The notes below the pieces were generated by a model. That model did not search any database. It saw only the letters and a list, made by a program, of their open reading frames with translations, and was not told the DNA's origin. Positions 1-11,985 of a stretch of DNA of 64,000 bases are shown piece after piece. Each line of letters begins with the position of its first letter. The stretch's first letter is position 1. Source of the stretch: Chiloscyllium plagiosum (lineage: Eukaryota); contig NC_057714.1 of the NCBI RefSeq assembly GCF_004010195.1, positions 35,097,994 to 35,161,993 of the forward strand, read 5' to 3'. The position numbers were made by a program, and so were the translations under genes.

Positions 1-277
1 GTCCTCCAGCACTGCCCAGTGGAGCCCAAAAGCATCCCTACATGTGCTGCCTGGTTGCACTCCTCCCATGAGTTAATACCATCAACAGCTGGATCAGATC
101 TTTAGGTTGGCATTAATTGTCTCTGGAGCCTCAATTGCTGGTGGCAGGGAGGAAAGGTCACCTCTAGGCTTTCATCCCATGGCCCTAATCAGGATCAAGG
201 AAGGTGATGAAGTCCCCCCACCCCTCCCGACCCCAGCCACAAAGTTCATCTTGAAGAATAATGCAGGATTTCACCCT
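1..277. mobile_element. Right end of a probable Harbinger-derived non-autonomous element
   Basis: GC-richer block ending ...GGATTTCACCC followed by TTA, which resembles a Harbinger terminus and TWA target. Confidence 0.3.
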
Positions 278-779
278 TAATGCTTTAGTGACAGAAAATA
301 AGTTTTGAATGGAATATAGTATAAAAATGCAACACTGTAACATGGATTTTCCACCCTACACTTTCTTCAAGTTTAGATCCTCAATGGATAAGTGGGAATG
401 CACTCTTGAGTCTTAACACGCAATATGTTTTATAAACCCTATAGGAAGAAGAAGTAAATTGAGGAAACTAAGGAGTTACACAATTTGAATAGTTGAAATA
501 GTCTGAGGTAGAAAAGGAACAGTCTTATCAGCTTTGATTTAAATAGGAGCTATAATGTAGGAAAGAACAACAGTAATAGGATGGTGCATATGTACCTTAA
601 AAGGAAACAATAAATTACGTTAAAAGAAGCACAGAGCATAGAAATGCTGTTAAATTGTGTATAAGAAAATCTGTTATGGAGAGAATAAAAATGAACCCTA
701 CCTTTGAGGAAAAAGCTTTTTTTAATGAGAAACTCCTTTGTCGTGACTAGTTTCTAAGTGGAACAAACATTATAAATGT

Positions 780-888
780 CTGAAATTAAAATAAGAAAAG
801 GCTAAAACAATTACTCAACAGATTTGACAGCATCTGTGGACTGAGAAACAGAGTTAACATTTCAGGTCAATAATCTTTCATTAGAATT
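780..888 (-). mobile_element. Old Penelope-like pseudo-LTR fragment with decayed hammerhead
   Basis: Contains CAGCATCTGTGGA..GAAACAGAGTTAACATTTCAGGTC; the minus strand reads CTAATGAAAGATTATTGACCTGAAATGTTAAC. Confidence 0.6.
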
Positions 889-1899
889 ACATTGTAAGCA
901 TCTTTTAAGGAGCAAGTGAAATGCTCAAAACTTCAATAGAGCTAAGCTGCTGAAATACATAGGGTCAAATAACTGTGATTGAGTCCACATAGAGATAGAT
1001 TTTATTATGGGATGCATGGAAGAAAAGGGCATTATCATCCAATTGTCCTTTTCTTGTTCTATCTGTTCTGATATTTTGAATTTTACAGATAACATTCATC
1101 ATCTCCAACATGATGTTCATATGTCTTTTTACATATTACAGAAGAAATGGAGACACTGAACTTCATTGGGAGAAAGGGGGAGGCTTACAATTTTGGCAAC
1201 AAAATGATAACCATATATCTGACACATGTTTGTGCCTAATGATTCAACCATTGAATGCCCAGTCCTCCACTGCCTTATGTTACAATCACCGAAAGGATTC
1301 CGTCAAATAATGAAAATCTAGCAACTCACTAAGTACACACAAAACAATTTCTAAACACAAAGTTTTGGCCACATGCTATGTACAAAAGTGAGTTGCATTC
1401 ACATGTACTTTAAGTGCAGACCATTTGTGGTAAAATAATTGACTGAACACAACTCATTGGCATAAGTATATTTTATGTAAAAGGGCTTCATTTGAAATAT
1501 TATAAATGTTTCACTGAGAGGTTTATTCAGTAATAACACTGCCAAGGAAGCATAACTGCTGCCAAAACAAAATCAAATATAAGAATTTAACCAAATAGTC
1601 TGGCACAGGGAACAATATTGAGAATGTTATGCAGGAAACCAGATGGTATTTCTGTTACATTTTAAAAAATGAATAAAACCTAATCATTTCTAATATTCAG
1701 TAGACTTGGGCAAGTGTGTCAGAATTAAAGTGTTTCTTTGTTTTGTTGGGCAACAATAAAATATGTTTTTCTGTGAAAGTGATTTCAACCCACAGAATAA
1801 GGTGAAGTTGGCTTTAACGTGTAGCTATGACTTCAGAGAAAAAAGCAATAGGCTACAACATGCTTTCTTTAACATTTAAAAATGATTACTTATGTCAAG

Positions 1900-2880
1900 A
1901 GACCAAAAGGGTTTAAAAAAATATAAGCTTGATTTATCTCCAGGAAAGTAGTTGCAACAAGTAAAATAAATTCCAACCTTACATGAGAAAAAGGTGAAAG
2001 TTGAGTGCCCTATTAGGAGAAGGAGGCTGGGCTGACTGGATGCAGCATAAGGAAAAGTAGAAATACGTTAAAAATGTGATAATAGAGGCAAGTGGTGGCT
2101 TAAAAGCTGCTGTTGAATATAAATGCAAAAACAAACATTTCAATTCTTAAACAACAAGACATCAGCTAGAGAAACAATAAAACATTTAAAAGATGTAAAA
2201 AGATTTGAAACTAAGAATCAAAACAAAGTAGTTAATATTCTGACAAGCAATTTCCTCCAAATATTCACATGGACAATGAGAAGTGACATGACTTCTTAAG
2301 ATAAAGATATCTCAAGTAATATCAATGATCTCATTACAAATAATTCGAAAGTCTTAGCCAAAAGAGATAGGCTTTCTGCAAATCAATCCCCAATGATAGA
2401 TCATATTTCTCCCATGATGTTGAGTTAAGTGAAGGAGAGTATTTATAATGTTCTGACAATCATTTTGAGGGAGTTGGTGACACGGAGGAGGTACCATGTT
2501 TGGAGAGAGGAAAATGTGCTGCTTATATTTGAAAAAAGGTGATAAAACACTGATTACAAAATCTTACTTCTATCCAATATAAAATAATATAGTTGAGTAA
2601 CAGCAGTAACTTGAAGATCATCTGCAGAACAATAATCCAGTTAATAGCATGGAATCAGAAGTGTCCACAGATCCCATCTGAGTAATCGCTTTGACCTCTG
2701 AGGAAATAACAAAAGAAATTGGCTCGTGAAAAGCATATGACTGGTTTAGTTAGCCTTCCAAAAATCTTTTGATGAAATGTAATGGGAGAGGCTACTAACT
2801 GAAGTCAGGTCTGCAGGATTAGGAGTAAACCCTGAGGATGGATTAAAAAAATGGCTTGTAAGATAAGAAGAAGATCTTCT
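1900..2880 (+). mobile_element. Highly decayed CR1 LINE ORF2 (RT region)
   Basis: Remnants of 'W..ANV.PIFKKG' (about 2500-2545) and 'F.K.FD.V' (about 2750-2780), with many stops and frameshifts. Confidence 0.5.
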
Positions 2881-2955
2881 TCTGGGTACAGCGAACTGAT
2901 ATATTTCAGAACTCTGCACTGCTAGAATTGTGCTGTTTATAAAATGATATTTATT

Positions 2956-3375
2956 ATGTCAACAGCAGCAACACTAGGACGAGCTGAGCACAGCTCCACT
3001 CCAGCCCGGGGTCTCCTAGCGAACAAACAGCAGGTCCCAGACTGAATCCCCAACCCAGACATGCAGGCTGGACTGAGGCCCCAGGTCCACACTTCTGTCC
3101 GGGTGTGTGAAGATGAAGAAGTGGTGGTCTCAGCCAGGCATGTCTCAGCGTGGAGGTCTAATCTCAGTGTGGAGTTCTTCTTCATCTTCAGCTTCCAGAG
3201 GTCTGGCAGGCAACTTCGGCCTGGAATGGCCTTCTTCTTCAATGGAGGCTTCCAGCCAATATTCCAGCAGCTTGGCGTGGTGTTCTCATCTTGGAATGGT
3301 GATCTTATTCTGGCTGCGTGTTTAGGGTTTCCCATTGTTCCCTAATTGGCTTTCTCCAAGCCCAGCAGGCATTAA
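2956..3375 (+). mobile_element. Unclassified GC-richer repeat, possibly continued at 4552-4720
   Basis: Abrupt composition change; 4552-4720 ends CTTTTCACTGTAC..GACAATAAA plus a (TTCTA)n tail typical of a non-LTR 3' end. Confidence 0.3.
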
Positions 3376-3751
3376 CTGGATTGATCCAAGTGATGAGGGG
3401 TTTGTGCACGAAGAAAGATTGAACAGTTTAGGCCTATACTTTCTGGAATTTAAAAGAATGAGGGGAGATCAAATTGAGGTGTTCAAGATGATAAAAAGTA
3501 CGGATAAAATAGACGTGGAGTGGATGCCTCCTCTTGCCAGGCATTCCAGGACGAGAGACCATAATATTAGGATAAGGGGTAGCAAATTTAAAACAAGTTT
3601 GAGGAGAAACCACTTCTCCCATAGGGTTATGAATCTGTGGAATCCACTACCTCAAAGTGTGGTGGATGCTGGGACAGTGAGTAAATCTAAGGAGGAGTTA
3701 GATATATTTTTAATTGTTTATGGATTGAAGGGTTATTGGAGAGAAGGCAGG

Positions 3752-4457
3752 TGTGATGATGCTGCCCCTTTAACAAGGTCATGTTGGCTTTTTTCGAGAT
3801 GGATTGTCAGGGCAGAGGTTCCCATATGTCTAGAAATATCTACTTGAAAGGGCCTTTAAGCTTTTTCTTTTAAAACACTTGTCCAATGAAAGGAAAGTGG
3901 TCAGTTCTCTCAGTTCAGGGTTTTCTTCTGGTTTGGTTTGGTTGCGTTTTAGCAAGCAGTCTGTTTGAAGATTCTGGTCAGGTTTTAGCTGGGGACCCAA
4001 AGAAGCAGTTCCATGGTGATCCTCTCCTTCTCTGGCGTCACTCTCCTATAAGAACCTGTGGTTGATTTTACCTTTTTTGCCAAGGGTTTTTTATTTAATG
4101 GGATGTTGTAGGACATCGGAGCAACTTTTGGTTTGAATAGTTTCCCTACAGTGTGGAAACAGGCCCTTCAGCCCAACAAGTCCTCATCGACCCTCCGAAG
4201 AGTAACCCATCCAGACACATTTCCCTGCATTTACGCTCTGTCTAATGCACCCAACACTACGGGTAATTTAGCATGGCCTATTTACCCGACCTGCACGTTT
4301 TTGGGATTGTGGGAGGAAACCGGAGCACCCGGAGGAAACCCACGCAGACACGGGGAGAATGTTCAAACTCCACACAGACTCAAAACAACTGGAAAAGCTT
4401 GGTCCTAGACTACCTTCTTAAAATGTTTTGAGGGGGGGTCTGGCCAGGCCAATAACA
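3752..4457. mobile_element. Solo LTR, probably Gypsy-type
   Basis: TGTGAT...ATAACA termini flanked by a 4-bp TSD CAGG (3748-3751 and 4458-4461). Confidence 0.8.
4136..4379 (-). mobile_element. HE1/V-SINE, 5' truncated, inside the solo LTR
   Basis: Minus strand has the V-domain (GTCTGTGTGGAGTTTG..ATTCTCCCCGTGTCTGCGTGGGTTTCCTCCGGGTGCTCCGG) and a CR1-type tail. Confidence 0.92.
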
Positions 4458-4945
4458 CAGGAAAATGGGGGTGAGGAGCATATCAACCATGATCAAATGG
4501 CAGAGCAGTCTCGATGGGCCGAATGGCCTCATTCTGTTCCTGTATCTTATGAACTGAACTGATGAACTTTGTCTTAATGTTACTTTTTCAAAAAATTATC
4601 TTTAACTTCTGTTCATTAATATAGACATCATGGTCGGGTGATTTTTCAAACTTTTCACTGTACTTTTCATTTAAAAGTGCACATGACAATAAATTTCTAT
4701 TCTATTCAATTCCATTCTATTTGTTAGGATTGTATCCTTTGATTAACGTGATTATTAGATAATAGCTTTAAATGCAGGGTATAGGCAAGGAGGTCTAGTG
4801 ACCCCTGCTAGAGTCTGTCTGACATTAAGTGTGAGTGATTTAATTGTTAGAAATCTAAGGGATACCTGGATGGAGAGGGAAATGAAACATACTTACACTG
4901 GGGACAATGACAGCAGGTTCTGAGTAGATTACAAATAGACCCTAA

Positions 4946-6528
4946 GGGTGTGATTTTCCCGGAGGTCGCAAGAATAATGGCAAGCATTAATTGGGTGAGA
5001 GTCCAAAAATCAGATTCTTGCTGTCAAGTTAAAACGTTGCAATTAATTTCTCCCCGCTTAGACGGCGAGATCAAATTCTCGCCATCAGATGGTGAGAAGT
5101 CTATTTGCATGTATTTGCATCTTATTAATTACACAACTCACCCTGTTAACTTTACCTCCTTAATTAACATATCCCAAATCAAGAAATTTGATGCTTCAAA
5201 AATGTTGGCAGCAAAAATCGAGCAGTTCTTGGTTGTGTTGGGACCTCTTCCTCAAGTCCAGGTCATTTCAAGATTTGCTGGTCACCTTTTCTCTAGTTGT
5301 AGCAGATACCTCCACATTCAGGTAAATAACTCCACAGACCAAGTCCCCCTTTATTTACATGAGAATAGTCCTTGACTTTCATACTGCCCCATTCAGGGTC
5401 AACTCTCCGAGTGGCAGTATCTCAGACACACCCCTTTCATCTGTTTGCCAGGGTTCCCTGATTAACAGCCCAATCCAGGAACTCATATTCTATGAGGTCA
5501 AGCTGGCTGACCTCATCAGTAAGCCAGGGCAGTTGTGGAGTCAGAGTCAATAAGAAAGTCCTTTAGCCCATCGACTCTGTGCTGTTTAAAAACAACCATC
5601 TAATTATTCTAATTCCATTCCATTTTCCAACAGTTAGCTCATAGTCCTGGCAACAAAAGTTTGCATGTAAATCCTTCTTCAACATTATGAGGGCTCTGAG
5701 AGCTCTGGGGACTGGCCTCATTACATTCGGTCACTGAGGAAATGATTACAGTGACAGGACACAACTGCAGATTGGACTACGGAACCTGATAGTGTATTGG
5801 AGAGGGCCTTCTCCATTGCTTTGCACATGGCAATCAGCATTGGCACACTGCTGATTGAGACAATATCTCTATCACGCATGTGCCTTGGAGGCCCCGCAAA
5901 GCTGATAAGAAAATTAGAGGATGTGCCTGCCGTGGTCACTCCACACAAAACATGAATAGACGGCAGGGCCAGCAAGGGCATTGGACCCTCAGAAGTCCTA
6001 ACTAACACCAGTAAAGAAGGCACACTCACGGCTACTCAAACAGACTCCACTGAAATGGGAGGAGGGTGAAGAATTATCGGGGTGGGACAGAAACCATAAC
6101 ATAATAGGGCACATAATGAGATAATTAGTAGACAATAGGTGGAGCCTACAAGTCATTCATGTGACAGCAAAGATGGAACTTTGTTGTATTGATGCAAAAA
6201 TCAACCGCACAATAAGGCCTCAATGTGAAGTAGCAGCACTCACAGCAGGAGGAATAAGTAACCGACTTTTTCAAAGGAAGCGGAGTGTAGTGCCGGAATG
6301 TCAGGCTTTCTAAGAGGGTACTGCAGTCATCATGAATCCAGTGACTAAACAATCCTATTCATCTGCCTCAATTCACAGTTAATCTGAATGTCAACATTCA
6401 GAAGGGAATCCAATTTAGAAACACACTCATGAAGTATTCATTAGGAATACATTGTGCTCACTGATTGCCACCTTATGATATCTGAGATCAACAAGACTCA
6501 ATGAAATGAGGCACTCTAAATCACAACC
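4946..6528. mobile_element. Probable Harbinger-derived relic
   Basis: TAA|GGGTGTGATTTT at the left and TAAATCACAACC|TTA at the right form an imperfect TIR pair; it contains a small CR1 tail at about 5545-5690. Confidence 0.35.
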
Positions 6529-7245
6529 TTATCTTCCCAATTGGCTAAGGCACACAGTCTCAAGGACTACAAGCCAATACATTGCAGCTGCTATATCCTC
6601 ACACACAACAGGAGGTCTGCTAGGCATGACTACTGTGAGGAAGGGAAGGAAGATTGCAGGCTGATGACTTGTCAGTTGCTTCATGCTAAGGGCCATTGTA
6701 GAGCCACGTACATGAATTAAGGACACACCAATGTAAACTCTTTATTAATCCATTCTATTTAATTTTTTTGTGCAGGCTTTATACCACCTTCTTTGAGAGC
6801 AGATCATGTACCTTCATTACAGAACATGTCAGAACTCCAGTATCCCTTTACTAGGACAGTGTAATCTTAGTTATTGTTCTCATAGATATGCTTCAAGTGA
6901 GCATTTCATGGCCAAGGTCAGTCCATCTGCTCTTCTGTTGCTGCTGTTAATGAAAAAGAACGAGGCGTTGAAGACTTTAGGGAGAGTAGCCTTTGCAGAC
7001 ACGACAAGAACAGCAATCATTTCTGTTCCAAATGAGCTTCCAAAGCAAGAAACAGTAGGACCAGATCCACCATGGAGGACTAGAAGATACAAAACCATCC
7101 CCACAGACTTCAGTACCAATGTCGACAGATGAGGGAAAGCCAGCACAAAGTAAAACTGACGATGCTCTAAGCTACCAGGTTAGACCAGCTTTCAGAAATG
7201 TGCCCACAACAACTGGATGACAATCCCATGCCAGTCCACCTCAAG

Positions 7246-7426
7246 ACCACAGAAATGTTATGACACAGAAGGAAGTCAGTTGGCCTGTTGAGTCTGCACT
7301 GGTTCTCTTATCTAGTGTCTCTCTCCTGCCTTTTTCCACATCCCTGTACACCACTTCCATCCAAATAACCATCCAGTCTGCTCTTAAATGCATCAACTGA
7401 ACCTGCCTCCACCACATTTCCAGGCA
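7246..7426 (-). mobile_element. CR1 LINE 3' fragment inserted in the Harbinger transposase
   Basis: CR1 tail that splits the codons ...HLK from VTAAL... Confidence 0.8.
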
Positions 7427-7830
7427 GGTCACAGCTGCCCTTAATTTTACTGTAAATGGATAATTTCAGGGAACAGCCAGGAACCTGTATGATTCATTAT
7501 TCTCTAATCATACATGCCCCCGTGATGTCAGTGATGCCCTATTTGCCAGAGCCCACCTATTCATTTCATTCCCCCTGAGGTCACCAGCCACACAGCAAGG
7601 CCATTCAGATTCTTGTCAATCACAGGTGCTGAGTGGAATCAATTGTACTCACATCGCTGTCACAACGCTCCATCACCAACCAGTCATGAACAGAAAAAGT
7701 TTCCACTGTCTAATTTTCAACTAATTTGTGACCATAATAACCAGAGTTTGCAGGTCTGTGCCAGATATCCAGGCTGAAACTTTATTGCTGGAACAGCACA
7801 GCAGGTCAGGCAGCATCTAGGGAACAGAAG

Positions 7831-7866
7831 ATTCGACGTTTCGGGCACATGCCCTTCTTCAGGAAT
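7831..7866 (-). ncRNA. Minimal type-I hammerhead ribozyme motif, intact
   Basis: AUUC CUGAAGA A GGGC-AUGU-GCCC GAAA CG UC^GAAU: full core, stems I and II, and the ACGU palindrome at helix III. Confidence 0.85.
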
Positions 7867-7936
7867 GAGCAGAGAGTGTTCAGCAGGAGAAGATAAAAGG
7901 TAGGGAGGAGGGACTTGGAGGGAACACTCTCTGCTC

Positions 7937-7972
7937 AGTCCTGAAGAAGGGCATGTGCCCGAAACGTCGAAT
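7937..7972 (+). ncRNA. Minimal type-I hammerhead ribozyme motif, core intact with one stem I mismatch
   Basis: AGUC CUGAAGA A GGGC-AUGU-GCCC GAAA CG UC^GAAU; predicted cleavage after 7968. Confidence 0.8.
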
Positions 7973-8338
7973 CTTCTGTTCCCTAGATGCTGCCTGACCT
8001 GCTGTGCTGTGGTCACAGCTGCCCTTAATTTTACTGTAAATGGATAATTTCAGGGAACAGCCAGGAACCTGTATGATTCATTATTCTCTAATCATACATG
8101 CCCCCGTGATGTCAGTGATGCCCTATTTGCCAGAGCCCACCTATTCATTTCATTCCCCCTGAGGTCACCAGCCACACAGCAAGGCCATTCAGATTCTTGT
8201 CCATCACAGGTGCTGAGTGGAATCAATTGTACTCACATCGCTGTCACAACGCTCCATTACCAACCAGTCATGAACAGAAAAAGTTTCCAATTTTCAACTA
8301 ATTTGTGACCATAACAACCAGAGTTTGCAGGTCTGTGC

Positions 8339-8553
8339 CAGATATCCAGGGAATTACCACAACCTGTATGTGCTGAAACATCCACAGGCACTAGCCCCAT
8401 TCAAAGAGCATCAGCCCCTCATCAATGTAGCGGAGGAAAAGATGGGGGGTGGGGCCAGTGTAGTTGCGAATCCAGATATCCAGGGAATTACCACAACCTG
8501 TATGTGCTGAAACATCCACAGGCACTAGCCCCATTCAAAGAGCATCAGCCCCT
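8339..8553 (+). repeat. 82-bp direct repeat (8339-8420 and 8472-8553)
   Basis: Identical CCAGATATCCAGGGAATTACC...CATCAGCCCCT copies. Confidence 0.95.
8421..8471 (-). mobile_element. 51-bp Penelope RT fragment (catalytic motif)
   Basis: Minus strand translates FATTL in one frame and RNYTGPTPHLFLRYID in another; the latter matches YTGTTPHLFLRYIDD at about 45390-45435. Confidence 0.85.
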
Positions 8554-9635
8554 GGAAATATGGTTGTTGGAGTGACAATAATGCCCTCCAGACATGAGTG
8601 ATGACACTTCTAAGAAATCCTTTAACTGTCCCAGAGTGAAGGTATAACAATGGCCACATATTCCCCTAAGCCCATTGTGGCATAGGCTTCCTGACAGTCA
8701 GGCAGTGCCATGCAGTACACCCCAGACAGGGTGTGTCACACCATAGTGCATTCCTGTGCCTTTCAGAACCTGCATTGTAAAAGGGGAAATATGCTGGCTG
8801 TGGAGGAGTGAAAGAAACCCATCTGAGCAGAAGGACCAAGGTGAACACCATGAAGTGCACCAAGTGGACCGTCAAAGGGAGGATGGCAGGGCAGTAGGCT
8901 GGAACGCCTGAGAGGCTTGAGATAGTTCTATACTTAAACACTTGCAGCTCTATACCCCTAGGTGCAAACGTAATACTTTTAAGTTCTCATTTCAGTTGAG
9001 CAGTAAGCAGACTGCTAGCTATTTGGTATATTCCACATTTATAACAGATTTATGCGTTTATTGTTCATTATTCTATTCTATTTAATAAAATGTTCAGTTA
9101 TTCTTACAAGTGTAGATCAGATAGTCTCATCTTGGTAAAAGTAAATGTGTATAAGCAACTCTTGCCCTAAACCAGTGCTATAATAAGGTAGTGGTGAAAC
9201 AGTGAGCACTTCCCTGTCACCAAAATCTTGGATGTTTGAGCTAAGGTAATCCTTTTGCAAAAAAAAACATAACTTATATCAGGAATTGCAGTTCTTTGTG
9301 AGGATTACCAAATTGCTATTTTTCCTGGGAATGTTCTTCCAGAGCATTTTTCTATCATTATCCAGTCAGTGTTTCTGAGTGCTGTGAGCAATCCCTGTAC
9401 TCTTGCTATGCCTGAGCATCAACCTGGAGAGTAGTTGCCCTGCAAAGAGCTGTGATTTGTGCATCTGTTTCTCCAGAACATCACATAATGATAATGTGAT
9501 ATGTGAGGTGGCCATCTCACTTCAATAAATGTTACAGTGTTCCTTTCAGAAGTCCAGGCATAGGACATCCCTTTCCCCGGATTCTACCATCTCGCCAATA
9601 AGGTGTAGGTGAGGAGTGAACAATCTGAACATTCC

Positions 9636-9945
9636 AGGTAGAGGAATTGAGTTCCGGAGCCCTGAGGTCATGTTGCAGTTGTATAAGACTCTGGTGTGGC
9701 CGCATCTGGAGTATTGTGTGCAGTTTTGGTCGCCATACTATAGAAAGGATGTGGAGGCACTGGAACGGGTGCAGAGGAGGTTTACCAGGATGTTGCCTGA
9801 TATGGAAGGAAGATCGTATGAGGAAAGACTGAGACACTTGGGGCTATTTTCATTAGAGAAAAGAAGGTTTAGGAGTGACTTGATTGAGGTGTACAAGATG
9901 ATTAGGGGGTGAGATAGGGTTGACAGTGTGAACCTTTTCCCACGG
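9636..9945 (+). mobile_element. CR1 LINE ORF2 C-terminal fragment
   Basis: LQLYKTLVWPHLEYCVQFWSPYYRKDVEALERVQRRFTRM. Confidence 0.93.
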
Positions 9946-9949
9946 ACAT

Positions 9950-10118
9950 GGGTACTGCAGATGCTGGAGATTACAGTCCAGATTAGAGTGGTGCCGAAAA
10001 AGCACAGAAGGTCTGGCGGTATCCGAGGAGCAGGGTTTTTGCCCGAAACGTCAACTTTTCCTGCTCGTCAGATGCTGCCTGACCTGCTGTGCTTTTCCAG
10101 CACCACTCTAATCTTGAC
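9950..10118. mobile_element. Penelope-like foldback pseudo-LTR with partial hammerhead
   Basis: Inverted arms; GGGTTTTTGCCCGAAACGTC is retained but the CUGANGA half is missing. Confidence 0.85.
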
Positions 10119-10149
10119 TGCTGGTATCATGTGTCTCCTTGAGAGGAAG

Positions 10150-10700
10150 GGACACCTGGATTGAGATCGAGGCCCCTTGTCCCTTCTTACTTGTCATTAA
10201 CACTGAGGACTCATAGTCACAACAATACAGTTCAATTGCAAGACTCTATCTGGGAAGAAATCCTTCATCTTTCATTCCAGCCTACTGAGGTCCACCAGTA
10301 AACTGGGCCAATACTCCCTGCCTCTCCCTGCAGATTCACCACATCACTGAGGCAAATTTCCTGGCTAGGGCTCAGCACTTGCCTGGTCTCTGGCAGTCCT
10401 CAGAGTGTCCAAGGCCTCAGGCAATTTTCCTTCAACCAGCTGTGAAGATGCATCAGTCAGGTTTTCACCAGATTGTGTCCGTAAATCTACACTAGCCAAT
10501 ATTTCCACTGTCTCTTTGCTGATGGAGGTTGCAGGTGGAAGGCCCACTGGGCATCTTCTAAGAGTTCACTTTCTTCCTTGTCTCAAGTGGTGCTTGGGCA
10601 AAAGCCCAGAGACTATCTCCTTCATTGCTGATGATCACTTGGTGCCCATTAGTGCATACAGAAAGATTAGTTGGTAAAGATGGAGAGAGGCTTATGCAGA
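10150..10700 (-). pseudogene. Probable C-terminal part of the Harbinger Myb-like ORF
   Basis: PPATSISKETV...QSGENL...LRTARDQASAEP is a low-complexity tail of the kind expected in this ORF and lies downstream of the 12215-12420 fragment. Confidence 0.4.
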
Positions 10701-10740
10701 GCAATGGGTTGGTGCTCATTGGATAAGAGCAGAGTATTTG

Positions 10741-11525
10741 TGTGCACACCATCTCACTTACATATACGCCATCACACACTCTATCAAGCACACACACACT
10801 CTCACATGCACACATACACGCACACACACAAATACTCTTACGCTGTCTTCCTCGCTCCCATATTAACACACATACACACACATGCAATCTCTCTCTCTCC
10901 CACACAAACACACTCTCCTTCCACCTCCTGCTACACACATACTCCCTCTCCACAACCCCGCCACACACACATTCTCTCACGCACGCACACACACACATTT
11001 AAGTCTATGGGGTGAATTTGCATTTGCACATATGCATTTGCATATAAATTCTTGTTTGTTCAAAAAACACACAAACGGTAGGCAGTCAGTCCGTGTGACA
11101 TTTTAGAAATTCCTACTTTGGAAATAGATCCAGTCTGACTCCAGGTTGGGATTTAGACAGACTCGAACCTCACAACTATAAAGCATTGTCTGAGCTGAGA
11201 TGACACCTATTTCATATACTGATAAAACCTTAAGATATGTCATGGCTGTGACTTGAAAGAAATTCTGGGATTGTATATTAATCAATCAAAACCTACATCC
11301 CCATTCTAAGTGACTAACAGCAATCTAGGTTTGTTCAATACATCGCATCAGTTGTATAAAACTTTGATCTTTTACTATAATTCTGTGTCCTATGAACTTG
11401 CCCCACTGATAAAGAAGCAGCACTCTGAAATTTGTACTTTCAAATAAACCTGTTGGACTATAACTTGGTGTCGTGCCATTTATAACTTTGTCCACCCCAG
11501 TCCAGCACTGGCACCTTCACATCAT
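10741..11525 (+). mobile_element. Penelope-derived element with CA/CT-rich tract and decayed hammerhead
   Basis: Ends CTGATAAAGAAGCAGCACTCTGAAATTTGTAC..AAATAAACCTGTTGGACTATAAC; same family as 42764. Confidence 0.75.
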
Positions 11526-11709
11526 GGTTACAATGTTATATAATGGGTTACTGGTCCATTGGTGACTCCCTGTCATCAGAGCAATGGTCCCAACTTGCTT
11601 GGTGGCCCTTTCCTGACAGTGGGTAAAGAGCCTGTGCATGGGCCACTTGTCCTGCATTAAGTTAAAGAGAAGGCTTGAGTATGCTGGGAATGTGTACAGG
11701 AACAGTTTC

Positions 11710-11985
11710 CTTCTTATTCATTCAGGGGAACTGGGTGTTGCTGGCTGGGCCAGCACTTACTGCCCACCCCTAATTGCCCCACGAGAAGTTGGGTGGTGTA
11801 CAACTTTCTTGAATGACTGTTGTCCATTCAGTTTAGGTAAACCCTCAGGGAGGGAATTCCAGGATTTTGACCCAGTGACATTGAAGGAACAGCAATATAT
11901 TTCCGGGTCAGGGTTGTGAGTATCTTGGAGAGGAACTTGCAGTGACTGGTATTACTTTATATCTGCTGCCTTTGTTTTTCTAGTT
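11710..11985 (-). mobile_element. CR1-Zenon/L2-like LINE 3' end
   Basis: Tail GGGCAATTAGGG.TGGGCAGTAAGTGCTGGCCCAGCCAGC on the minus strand; homologous to 62030-62270. Confidence 0.7.

Larger units (their letters stand above)
3385..4551 (+). mobile_element. CR1/HER1-like LINE 3' end, interrupted by a solo LTR
   Basis: Translates EERLNSLGLYFLEFKRMRGDQIEVFKM...RVMNLWNPLPQSVV; the 3' UTR resumes at 4458 (ATGGGCCGAATGGCC...TATCTTATG). Confidence 0.9.
7774..8010. mobile_element. Young Penelope-like foldback pseudo-LTR
   Basis: 89-bp inverted arms (7793-7881 and 7922-8010, one mismatch) around a 40-nt spacer; CpGs are intact. Confidence 0.9.
7427..8350 (+). repeat. Direct duplication of about 345 bp (7427-7773 and 8011-8350)
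   Basis: The copies differ by about 3 substitutions and one 7-bp indel. Confidence 0.95.
6908..8945 (+). pseudogene. PIF/Harbinger (HARBI1-like) DDE transposase relic, interrupted and partly duplicated
   Basis: Ordered motifs NPMPVHLK|VTAALNF, VSDALFARAHLFISF, GINCTHIAV (IDCTH), MNRKSFH, QLICDH, QVCARYPGNYHN (PGS.HD), WLL..D....LQT.VMTLLRNP and QYTPDRVCHTIVHSCAFQNL; multiple stops and frameshifts. Confidence 0.85.

Noticed and set aside
1110-1310. 66-aa ORF after a possible splice acceptor
   Set aside because: No recognisable homology or convincing donor site.
8339-8553. CRISPR-like repeat-spacer-repeat with a TE-derived spacer
   Set aside because: There are only two 82-bp units in eukaryotic DNA with no cas genes; TSD plus allele or flank duplication explains it better.
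6908-8945. Domesticated HARBI1 gene
   Set aside because: Stops, frameshifts, altered catalytic motifs and nested insertions show it is a dead transposase.
10558-11106. His/Thr-rich and Cys/Val-rich ORFs
   Set aside because: They are translations of a CA/CT microsatellite-like tract.
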